Source of the DNA: Diadema antillarum
Lineage: Eukaryota
NCBI RefSeq assembly: GCF_040938485.1
Contig: NW_027271188.1
Span: 806,001 to 870,000, forward strand
Length of the DNA stretch: 64,000 nucleotides
Direction: 5' to 3'
Made by a program: the position numbers and the translations under genes. The notes below the pieces were generated by a model. That model did no database searches, was not told where the DNA came from, and saw only the letters and a program-made list of their open reading frames with translations. The stretch's first letter is position 1; every line of letters begins with the position of its first letter. This document shows positions 34,942 to 46,330 of this stretch, one piece after another.

Positions 34942-37900
34942 TCATCTAAGTCCTCCGCTCCTGGCATGGTGGAGAGAATCCAGAATTTCCCCAAGAATGG
35001 CATCTCTATTGTCTTTAGAAATCTGTTAAATAAAAGAGCAGAATGGTATAAATTTTTTCCCCAACACTCGAGCAATGACGGCAGATCAACTGGGGGACAA
35101 ATTTACAATTAAATGTATGGTACACATGTGCATGTGCTATACTTCTACTGCTGTAAGGGCAACAAAATTTATTCAAAACCTATCCCTGTATGTGTTTTGG
35201 CATATGCCAATAGTGTGTAATGTATAGGTGTTGATTTGATCATGACACAAACGCATACTTGCCAACTCTACCGATTTGGGTGGTAGACTACTGCTTTTTA
35301 GAGGTTTTGACCGGCTACCGATTTTCTCTTCTGATCTACCGATTTTGTAGCAAACCTAAAATGAAATGAAATAGAAGTCATATTTTCCCTTCATTGTGCG
35401 TTGATTCCCTAAAATAAGCTAGTTATTGGAATACTAATAATAATTTCAAAGAACTCGTTCCTCAAAAACGCCGTATTCAGCCTTCTAATATGCACACATG
35501 TATGCACACTGCAGTGGCGTACTATAGTAGTCTCATCATATCTACGTGCGTGCAAGACTTACTGTACACGTGTACGTGTAGCTATAGAACCATGCATAAT
35601 AGTAATGTTTTGGTAGCTCACGTGTGCGTGGTGCGGCCGATGCGGCATACGGTGTGGCATGATCCCAGCTGGCCGTGTATGTACGTGATTATATTAAACG
35701 TACATGTATTTTCATATCTAACTTGTGATAACAATATGTTTGATTACTTTTTCACATATGCTTAGCCTACAAAAATTATTTACCAATATGTCTGATTTTA
35801 TTTTTATATGCATAGTCTACAAAATAGTTCATAGATTTACATGGATTGTATGTTTTTTTATCAATACCAAGAACCCTTTAAAAAGGTTAAAAAGTATGCA
35901 CCAAATCTCATATTTTGATATTGAAAAACAAAAAAAGTCCAAACCGCGGGAGGGGGACACCCCCCTCCCACACCCTCCCCCCTCACGCGCAAGCGCGCTC
36001 GGGCTTGGTCACTTCGCTCCCTCGCAAAATCTACCTCTTCAGGATTTCAAAATGTTGGCAAGTATGCAAACGGATAATATTAAAATTGGACCATGTAGAG
36101 AGCATATATGTTTGTGTCAAAAGAAATGGGCCAAAAAATAAGGAAGATAATGAATACGATAAAATCATAGTCACAACAGTGTAGCTAGGCCTTAGTTTTT
36201 CCATCAAGATGGAGGTACTGTACATAGACTCACTGTAACAACTTTCACATCAGGTCTGCTACGGATTTCCTCAACAAGGCCAAGGGGGCGCCCTTTGGGT
36301 ATGGGTATAGTGCCCAGAACAGTTGAGGAGTGCTGGTCCAGAAGCTTCCGAACAGACTGAATGAAACCCTGGCTGAAGAGCTCCATTTTCCCCACCTCGT
36401 CTATCACAAAGATGGGCTTCTCTGAAGAGTCTTTCTACATGTAGCAGTGGATTAAATGAACAGACCAATGTTGTACTTGCAACAAAATAACATTGCCTGG
36501 CATATGGATTACTCACAGAAGGTCTCATGTCATTGTTCTTGAGAAAAAAAAGCCTTTGCATCAAATATCTACTACAATGCACTCCCGTTATAATGAACAC
36601 GGCAGTAACAAAATTCTGGTTACAACGAAATAAAGATTCAGGCTGCGACATTACCGGCTCTTTGTTTTTAATTGTTTATTTGTTAAGTTATGACAAAAAT
36701 TTGATTAAAAGAAACAAAAAACAAAACGGGAGTCCGCTGTAATACCCACAATGACGTGAGAAAAAAAAGCCTTTGCATCAAATATCTACTCGTTACAACG
36801 AAATGCTCGGGACCGGCAATTTTCTTTCGTTATAACGAAATTTCGTTATAACGAAATTTCGTTATAACCGAACAAATACAATATATAACGAAAACAAGAA
36901 AACCACGTAGATATATCATATTCTGTTTGCTGAATACTCGTCATACACTGGAAAGCTATGTGAAATGTGATGGGATAACTGTATTACAATAATAAACGCA
37001 AGTTCCCCTCAGAAACTGTGCGTGACACAAAGAGCGAACACACAGTGGTGTGAAGCGTTCACCCATGCAGAGAAGCTATATATGCTTGTTCCGCTACGAA
37101 TTTTCGAAAGCAATTCGCATTTCGTTATAACGGAGCACATTTCTTTTGTTTTTCTTTGTCTCTGGCGCTCGGAAAAGACTTCGTTATAACGGAAATTTCG
37201 CTATAACCGTGTTCGTTGTAAGCGAATTTTTTACCATAGACTTTAATGGTGATAATTTTGGGACCAGAAGATTTACTTCGTTATAACGAAATTTAGTTAT
37301 AACCGTCTTCGTTATAACGGGAGTGCACTGTATTTAGATTGATAACACAGTATGCTTGTAAAACAGTGTTCTTACAACAAATCGTTTACAAAACTACAAA
37401 ATGAAAAAGGTAAAGATATACACCTCTGAACTGAAGATGTTCCACTTTGCCTATTTCACAACCTCTAGTATCATGTGATGTGCACCATAGACATATCTCA
37501 GAATCAGAAGATAGTACAGAGATTGCTCTTCCTGGAGGCTTGTGAACCTTTTTTGTATATATATCAGAAACTTATTCTGCTTATAATTATTGGCCCAAAC
37601 CACAATGATTGAATGTCTCATCTAAATGAGAGCTACAAAAATCAGTAGATCTTACCTTCCTAGACACTACAGGTAACGCAAGCTGTTCAAATGACGGGAG
37701 ATTAACGGTGTACTGACCGACCTTGGGCCCTTTGTGGTCACTGTGAGGCATAAGTTGGAACAAAAATGGATGACAAATTTATATACTACAATGCAAGAAT
37801 TTAGCATGTAGTGTACTGCAATGATGTCAATAATTCTGTTCATTCATTTAAAGTCATCTATTCAGACATGCAGTGCTTTGGCAGCGCTCTCATTAACAAT

Positions 37901-39294
37901 GCATCATTTGTAATTGACTATTTCATGAGGACATCTGCTTAATCACTGGCTTAAATAATAATAATAAGTTAAATAAAGTGCAATGTAGTTACAGCATTCA
38001 TGACAACAACTAGAGTTCTTGCAACTTGTCGGCTGTACTGTCAAGCTGTAGCCATGGCAACAGCAAATAGTGTATGGGTGCTATCTGAAGCAAGGGGGAA
38101 AAAAAAGACTAACCCTACTTTGGCCAGTGTCCCCCTCTGCCCGTCAAGTGTCACGACATCAAAGCCGATTCTCTTGCCTCCCGCTCTGACCTCTTCAGTG
38201 TAAAATCCCTGGGTGGGAATAGACTTGGCACCTAGTTCTGAGCATGCCTTCCTCACAAGGGTTGTTTTGCCAATGCCTGCAACAAATGTTAATAAAGGCA
38301 CTCTGCCAGTCATTCACAGACAAAAAAAAAAAAAACCCAACAACAAACAAACAAACAAACAAATAAACTACGGGTACCAGTAACATATGACAGAAACACA
38401 TCAACCTGAGAACATATTGAAAGGAAACTATGGCCATCAGTGAACAGTCTTGGCCCCGTCTTATAAAGCCTTCAAATCAATCACTCTTATAAAGCCTTCA
38501 AATCAATCACAAGTCCCCAAATCAATCGCAACTTGCATTGCAGCTCTCACAAAACTTGTGATTGATTTCTATCACAAGTCTTTATAAGACAGGCCCCAGA
38601 ATTTCCTTGTTGCCATAAGCAAGTCAACAGCCCCAACCCCCCCCCCCCTCAAAAAAAGAAAAAAAAAAGAAACATATTTAGACAGTTATCTTGTTTGTGT
38701 TTTTTTTTTGTTTCTGTGTTTTATGTTGAGGTTTTGCACCTCTACACTAATTCATCATAGATCATGTAACCAGTGACAGAAATATTTCCTTTAAGAGGAA
38801 ACTAAGAGCAATTTTGACGTTATACCAGCTCGTATCAGCATGGTACACCTTATGGGACAGTACAACTACAAGTTATGTCCGTATCAGGGCAATTACTCCC
38901 CGAGGGCAATTACTCCCCGGCTAAATTCTGCCTTGTGATAAGGTTAGAGTAAAGGTTAGGGTTAAGGTTAGGTTTAGGGTATAGAGTTTGGGTTAGGGTT
39001 AGGGTTAGGGTTGGGTTCAGGACTAAAATTAGGGTAAGGGTTAGGTTCAGGATTAAAATTAGGGTTAGGGTCAGGGGAAGGGTACGGGTAATTGCCCAGG
39101 GGATAATTGCCCTAGACCCGTTATAACAGTACAATCAATATCATATCAACTTTATTTTTGTATATAAATACAGTATGCGTACAATTATGAATCTGCCACA
39201 ATTCATCTTTCCATCACATATACATTACATACTTCTACATCATACCTGGTGGGCCAGTCAAGAAAATGTGTCTGATGTTTGTTGAGCTGGCCAT
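34942..39294 (-). CDS. NTPCR: Cancer-related nucleoside-triphosphatase (NTPase_1 family), 5 coding exons, 192 aa
   Basis: Exons 39246-39294, 38114-38276, 37656-37740, 36234-36434, 34942-35022 total 579 nt, in frame to TGA. Walker A HIFLTGPPGIGKTT, GFYTEEVR, RIGFDVVTL, VGQYTV, Walker B FVIDEVGKMELFS, LGTIP, last exon ISKDNRDAIL. Confidence 0.95.
35254..36066 (+). mobile_element. Non-autonomous DNA transposon with 6-bp TSD (813 bp) in NTPCR intron 4
   Basis: Perfect 13-bp TIR CATACTTGCCAAC / GTTGGCAAGTATG; perfect TSD CAAACG at 35248-35253 and 36067-36072. Confidence 0.8.
36575..36739 (+). mobile_element. MITE family 1, short copy
   Basis: TA-CAATGCACTCCCGTTATAA...ACGGGAGTCCGCTG-TA. Confidence 0.75.
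36791..37330 (-). mobile_element. MITE family 1, long copy with one end clipped
   Basis: Ends CGTTATAACGGGAGTGCACTG-TA; many TTCGTTATAAC subterminal repeats. Confidence 0.75.
38451..38597. mobile_element. Small MITE with GGCC-type TIRs (Harbinger-like?)
   Basis: GGCCCCGTCTTATAAAG / CTTTATAAGACAGGCCCC; internal tandem duplication of about 24 bp. Confidence 0.5.
38880..39119 (+). mobile_element. MITE with (TTAGGG)-rich core in NTPCR intron 1
   Basis: TIR core AGGGCAATTA / TAATTGCCCT; flanks GTTATGTC / GTTATAAC (6/8); core of GGTTAG variants. Confidence 0.65.
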
Positions 39295-40027
39295 CTGGAT
39301 CACAACTGTTCAGACTACTCTGCACTGCAGACCGTCTTGTTTATCCGGAGAACATCTAAACTTAAAATGAGGTTTTTCTTTCTTTTACCCTGATGAGAAA
39401 GTTTTCAGAAAAAAAGTAGGTAACATAATGAAAGACTGAAGGTGGCTGCCCCACTTTGTGATTTTCCACATATGATAGAGTCTAATATACAAGGGGAATT
39501 ATGGCTCAATCCCTGTTGTGTCACCTCTCTCAAATATGGAGTCTAATTAATGTTTTTAAATCAGAATGGTGTCTCTACAATTTTAATTTAATGTTACTTG
39601 TTAGTACAAAGTACTAGAAAGTCTGTGGTGGAGCTGGGAATGAATCGAATGTCACCACTTGCATGCGCCGACGAAATAAACGGCAGTGAATGGAGTGGCG
39701 ATACAAAATATAGAATGCAAAAATTATCAAGCAAAGCACATCCACCATACTCTCAACTCGAGTCAGGAGGCAGAACATAAACATGTGGCCCTGTGGTGCC
39801 CTGGAGAGTCGATACGTGGTGTGCTTACACATATTCACAGACATGGGACTATGAACACATTGTAGGGGAAATAGATAAAGAAAACTTGAATTACACACAC
39901 ACACAAACACATGCTGTACTCTCGTAAAGTCCCTAGGTTTGAGTGTTAACCTTTCCAAAAACGTTTATGATTTGTACAGTCAAGATCACCTTTAAACTTT
40001 AAAACATGATTCACTCATCATTGTTAC

Positions 40028-40190
40028 CTAGCTTGACCAGACGCCGTTCCTACCAATAAGGCATATCAATATACGCCAAGCCATTCGATCACCTGCGAGC
40101 CAGCACCCACGGAACAGCACCACGAACGCAGTGTCCCGTCGCCCGGCGGCCGGCGGTTCGTCTCCCTGCCTAGCGCCCTGGCGGCGCGTT
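40028..40190 (-). promoter_or_regulatory. Candidate non-coding first exon / promoter of NTPCR
   Basis: GC/CpG-rich patch at 40080-40190; minus-strand donor TAG|GTAACA at 40028/40027; acceptor TTTAG at 39356 upstream of the ATG exon. Confidence 0.4.
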
Positions 40191-40192
40191 TA

Positions 40193-40557
40193 AGGGATCG
40201 TATAGTTTTGGTTGAGACCTAACTTCACTTTTCTAACTTTTCTAACATTTTTGAGTGAGATAATGAGAAACTTCCTATGAAATATGAAGGATCATGTAAT
40301 TCCACTAGGAATTCAACATTTATTTGATGAAAATTGGTTTTGCTGAGATACCCAAAACAAAGTAATCCTAAGGCTAATAAAAGGTGGGACCCACCTTTTA
40401 TTACGATTGCTTTATTTTACTATGTTTTTGGATGTTTCAGTCATTCCAAAACCGATTTTCATCAAATATAATTTTATTTGTCTAGAATGTGATGCTCTGT
40501 ACTACTTCATAAGTGGTGTCTTGGTGTCCTCGCCTCCACCAATACTGTACCATCCCT
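40193..40557 (+). mobile_element. Kolobok-like family B copy next to the NTPCR promoter region
   Basis: AGGGATCGTATAG...CTGTACCATCCCT-TTAA. Confidence 0.75.
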
Positions 40558-42059
40558 TTAAACTTTAATGTTTTGGAAACTACTTAGTGTCGAACATCTG
40601 ATGGTTTGCGTCCCCCCCCCCCCCACCCCCCCCCTTTCTGATGGCCTTTAAGATTCCGAAATCGAGGTGCATCTTGACAAAGAAAGAGGGAGCTATTAAA
40701 ATCTACACATATCTGGAAACCAATTTAGAGCATATGTGTCAGATTTTGAAAAATTCAAGTGCTGAAATTGACGCACTCTGGATTGGAGAATCCTCCAACA
40801 CCCTTGCTTGCGCACACATTCGCTCGCCGAGATGCCGAGTCATGAAAATCTCACTCATAAAAACATTTTGAACTTGGCGTCCCTGCATTTGTTAACAATT
40901 TGTCATGTACTATTTATGGGGGAGGGGGCAAATGATACCCCCAATCAATGCCACTACTGTACTGGTTACCAGGATTTGTATTATTATCATATCTTTTTAA
41001 AAGAACCTTTTGTGTTAGGTCCTACATATCCAAGTGGTGAACTGGTCCTGGTCATGACAGGAGTGATCCATTTCATGGACTGGAAAAAGGGGGATATGAA
41101 AGATAAAGTAGTTTTCGGACTATACTACTCATGTATCAAAATAAACAATGTAAAATATCATGCAATGAGGAGTGTACTGCAGTAATCATCCATGTCTTGC
41201 TTCAAATCATGGATTAAAGGTGATTAAAAGTGTTTTTCTGAATAACATTCCTCCATCAAAATAAATGTCTGGAACAAAAATTGTTAGGAAGTGCAAAGTA
41301 GAAATCAAGTGACAACCATGTCTGTAGCAAAGCCATATCAGGTTTTATTCAAATATCATGAACGATGGTATTGGACAAATTCCAATTTATCAAAATACAC
41401 CTATCCAACAGGAATGAATATTACAGTAATGAAAAAGATTGACATTAGATTGCACCATAGTTGGCAACAGGGATGTTGAAAAACATCTTGAGATATACTG
41501 TATCACCACTGAATATACATTGTAGATACATGTACCACCATTCCATTACTACAATACATAATACAGGTACATTACAAACTTGTAATACAAATGCAAATGA
41601 AAGACACTTATGCACTTTAATTTCAATCACAGGAGTATAGTATAAACAGTAAGAACACCTGTATTCCAGCGTAAGAATGAAATTACACATACGTAAGCTT
41701 TTTAAAGCGGGCACTGTTTTAGCAGATATTATTTTCACTGACTAAATCTTTAGCACATTTGAAGCTAGCAGCCATAGCATGCAAAATATTGCAGGCATTT
41801 GACACAGACAGTATATGTATTGGCTTAAGATGACCTTTTCCCAAACATGTTTGAATATCAGTCTATTCAATATAACAGCTAAACTTTTATACATTCATAT
41901 GCTTATTAAAATAAAAAGTGTTAACAAGATTCATGGAATAGTAAGAGGACACCTGCCTCTACAAAGCACCTGTTATTAAAAGTCGCCAGAATACTCACAA
42001 GAGTTGTTTGTCTATACATATACATGTTGAGAGTTACAAACATAGAGTTATGCATATGC

Positions 42060-42087
42060 ACACACACACACACACACACACATCCAT

Positions 42088-42130
<43 letters not shown>
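42060..42130. repeat. (CA)n microsatellite
   Basis: Directly visible. Confidence 0.95.
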
Positions 42131-42134
<4 letters not shown>

Positions 42135-43487
42135 ATTATCAATAAAAAAAAATGGTCATACATTTGATTTGTTGTTTTTCTCCATAACATGAAACATAAC
42201 ATGAAAAGCACAGCTCACTCTCTGATTTACAGGAACATCTGTGACTGTACATCACAAAACCAACAAAAAGTCACACCCCAAGACTTTATGTGAGGACTCA
42301 AAATAGGTCAAATGGGTGAACCTATTCAATTTCTAGTGGGGTATTTTCTTAAAGACAAATCTTTCTTCTACATATATCCACGTTGCAGACCATAAAGACT
42401 AATGGGAAGTTGTCGTTTTTTTTTTTTTTTTTTTTTTTTTTTTGCAGTTTCCCAAGAACACCTTTAATTTGCAGAAATGTGATAAGGTACATCTCGGAAG
42501 GTCTGTTTCATTTTTTAGAAACCATTTACACGCTCTTCACTTTAAATTAAATTGCTTTGAAAGTTGGTAATGGTCATGAATACAATGTGCCAATAGAGTG
42601 TGCAAAATTTTAGTTTAATCTGATAATCCCGTCATTGTGGTTGCCCCAAAGTTTTACATCCTGTCTTTTGTTCCGTTCATTGCACGGAGCGCAGCTTGGT
42701 GAGATTAAGCATTGAAAAGACCCTAAACTTGAGAGCCTTTTTTCTCAGCAAACTCTTTTCAAGGATGTCTACATTCTTTCAGACTGTTACGTTAGGATAG
42801 TCCATTTGCATTGCATTTAAAATACATCATTTTAAAGCGTGGAATCTGTTCTTTCAGAATCTGTCCGTACCTAAAAGTCCATGTCTGGCGAGTTTTTGGT
42901 GGTTGTGATGCAGAGTCACATTAATTACCTGAACGTGAATTAAAGTGAGCAGTCAGTCAAACTGTTTGAAGACATGTTCCTTGAAGACAGAAGGGTTCAC
43001 ACTGGAAGAGTATATAAACCAAAACTATTGCTGACATCCAAATCAAAATAACAAATCTCATAACAGTTATTTACTGTACCTTCATTCTGTCAGATATCCT
43101 CTCATCTAGTTAGAAATGTTTGCAAGAATGCATAGCAGCAAGTTGTGTCAAGTTATTACATAACTTCCATTGCAGATAGACTGTACACTTGATAAGAGCA
43201 TGACAATGTGTTCTTAAAGTGGAAAAACAAACAAACAAACCTCTGCCTGACAACCCTGACATTTCTACAATATCGAGTACGCCATTGGTCTTGTTAGTAA
43301 TGAATACAGTTAAGGAGATAGTCAACTGAGTATCAACTTCAGCACAACAGAAATACATACTGGAAAAGTAATGACAATGTCCTTCTCCTTTACATCCAAC
43401 ATGACAATTCTCTGTAAATTACCCCTAACAATTTGTTTTCCTCACATTTTACAGGCAACTTTAATTATTTTGAAGTCCTTGGGGCTG

Positions 43488-43637
43488 GCAGTTTTCTTTC
43501 GTTATATCAAAATTTTGTTAAAGGCAAACAAATACATGTAAAGTATAAAAAGACCAAGACAATAATCTTGGGACCTGAATTTTTACTTCGTTGTAATTTG
43601 TAATTATAGCCATGTTCGTTATAACATGAGTGCACTA
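43488..43637 (-). mobile_element. Degenerate MITE family 1 copy
   Basis: TTGGGACCTGAATTTTTACTTCG...TTATAACATGAGTGCACT, as in 24297-24488. Confidence 0.55.
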
Positions 43638-45955
43638 TATCATACCGTATAAAGGCCATCTCTATTCATAAGCACACAGCATTTATGACTTTCATTCTAA
43701 CCACAACAATACCTTGCATCAAATCTTGTATCAAAGTACAGTTGAACACATTTTTATTCCTTGACTAAAGTCCAATCCCTAGGTAACCAAGTCTGTGGGA
43801 CTTTATAATTCATCACACATTGTATGAGGTTTACATCTCTTGCAAACTTAAGTGTCATTCCATACTGTATCAGCAACTCATAACTCTCCCTTGGATAAGA
43901 AATCATGTTTTTCATCAATGATTATGAATATAACAACTATGGCCCTTCTCCCCGCACAGGACATGACTGCAAGGTTATTGCAAAACAACAAATACAAGAT
44001 GATATGAAGCATAGGTATACTTTAACTTTTGATTTCATGGTGAACAAGAAATCCTGGTGAAGATTTGTATAGGTCGACAGGGAAATTTGGAGACTACTAC
44101 ATCATTATCTTGTGTAATTTGCAATTTGGTTGTTCCTTCTATCACTGTTTCATGAAAACAAGCAATTTCAAATTTCCATAGCTCTCATACTCAGGTCTAA
44201 TTTTCTGGCACTGCTGTCATTTTGCTGGTTAGATTTTATTCTACTTGTTAACCCAACTTCAATACCATGGGGCATTGCATTTTAACGTTTTCTGTCAGTG
44301 ATCTAGGTATGTGCCATTCTACACTATCAGTGAGCACAAGATTTCACTCACTGCAATCAAGGAAATGGCAAAAAGCTGTATCTCAAACAAAATACTTAAA
44401 ATTCTGGTGCCAGTTACAAATAAGCCTTAAACCTTAGGCAATAAAGAAAAAAGAAGGAAAATTACAGTGAAGGACTCTTGCTGTTCTCTTTTAATACAGC
44501 TGCACAGAGACAGTCAAGATGAATATTTTGCTATGGGACATGTATGTTGACCTCTAAACTAGGAAATATCAGAGCATTGATAATGTCATGGTTGTGACAA
44601 TTCTATTCTTTGTTTACTTTTTACTCAAAGTATCATCTTTGTCAGATTATTCTCACAATTACTATCCCCCCCCCCCAAAAAAAAGTCTATCGAGTTGTTA
44701 AGTTGCGAGATTTTAAACTTTACTGCATCTGCACTGAAGAGTTGTTTTTGCAATGCCAGGCTTAACTTCATTCATATCAATCAAACCTGAAACTTCCCCT
44801 GCAAAGCATTTGATACTACAGATTTTTCTATAGAGTTTTACTTTGGTAAAACTTTTTATGTGATTCAAATCAACACATCTCAAGAAGAATGATCTTATAT
44901 CTCATAAAGCCTCTTAAATACAACTGTGATACCTCTCTATACATATATATATACCTTGCAATAAAAAAAAGCCTAAATGTAAAAATATTGTGGCAAAACA
45001 TATTTCAGTTTGAAAAAAAAAAATGGGTAGTTTGTACTGCATTTTTTTTTTTTTTTTTTTTGGGGGGGGGGTTACAGTTGTACATATGACAGGAAAGGTA
45101 GTAGCAGCTTCACCATTGATTAAAAACATGTACTACAAAAACAGTAATTACTAATCATACCACACTGACCTATAGTACTGACAATGTTTTGAATATATTA
45201 TTGAGTACAGATGCTGACTTCACAATTCTATAAATAACTCCTTGATCACTACAAGAGGCCACTATTTCAGACTGAAGTAGAGATTGGTGGTAACGCTTCT
45301 GTTCAAAATCACTTAAGCATTCATCCATACTTCTTTCATGATGGTATTACTTCAAATCAAATTTCGATGTTTGATCATGCCCCTAAAAAAACACAGTGGC
45401 CATCACACCCACACTCTGTAGCATGGATATCTTGAGCATCAGTACTGTTCAAAAATGTGGTGGTGGCTTGATTTGATTCACAATGATTCACAATGAAATG
45501 TTTCTTCCTGTGAGTTGATATCAAGAAATACTGTTTAAATCAATATTCAGACACTAATTTCTTTTGCAAAATGCTTGCTGTAATCAATAAAAGGTGACAA
45601 GGAATTTTGCTATCTGGCACATTGTAAGAAAAGAAATATTCCTCAACGGCCTGATTGACACTGATTCCAAAGACAAATAGCATGTTACAGCTTGACTTAC
45701 ATTGATTGCTGGAATATAATATGCCAGATTTACAAAGAAATTGAACAGGACCACTGGGTTTGTGCAAGCCTTCATAGTTGGTAATTCAACTGGTAATAAC
45801 TTTTGGAGGACTGAAAATTGGAGCAAAAGTTTAACAGTCACAATATCTTTGAGTATGCTACTGTTTCTCAACTATGCTTAAAGGCACAGATCAGTCTTAT
45901 TTTCATGGCAATCCTAAAAGTATTAAGGAAACTGATTACAATGTAGAACAAAATA

Positions 45956-46173
45956 CCGTATATGCCAAATATTTTGCGAGGTTTTTATTTTTCCCGAATT
46001 CTGCGAGTCAGGTGCTTTTTGCGAATTTAAAGACACACAAAATATTGACTCTGATCCCGATATCTACTTCGTTCAGCATTGTACTTCACGATCATGAATT
46101 AAACCACTCGCAAAATTGTCGGGAAGTCCCGATTCACAAAAATTTAGACTCGCTAAATATATGGCATATGTAG
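45956..46173 (-). mobile_element. TA-flanked MITE family 2, inverted copy of 1571-1822
   Basis: TA-CCGTATATGCCAAATATT...TTAGACTCGCTAAATATATGGCATATGTAG-TA. Confidence 0.7.
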
Positions 46174-46330
46174 TATTCTAATTTTATTCAGATATTCTAC
46201 CAAAACCCTGATATTGAATTACACAACATATTGTTTCTGAAGAAATTCAGTGACAAATGCATGAAATTCTGAGAACTTTACAAGGCTACACCCAAGTGCA
46301 ATATGTGCCTGATCGAAATATTCCGATCAT

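Noticed and set aside
38930-39075. True telomere remnant or chromosome-fusion site
   Set aside because: The tract is short, degenerate, in one orientation only, and bounded by transposon-like inverted repeats.
42416-42468. Poly-T plus TTTAAT as the poly(A) tail and ATTAAA of a processed pseudogene on the minus strand
   Set aside because: No recognisable coding sequence upstream and no TSD; CACCT-TTAA fits equally well as a decayed Kolobok-like end.
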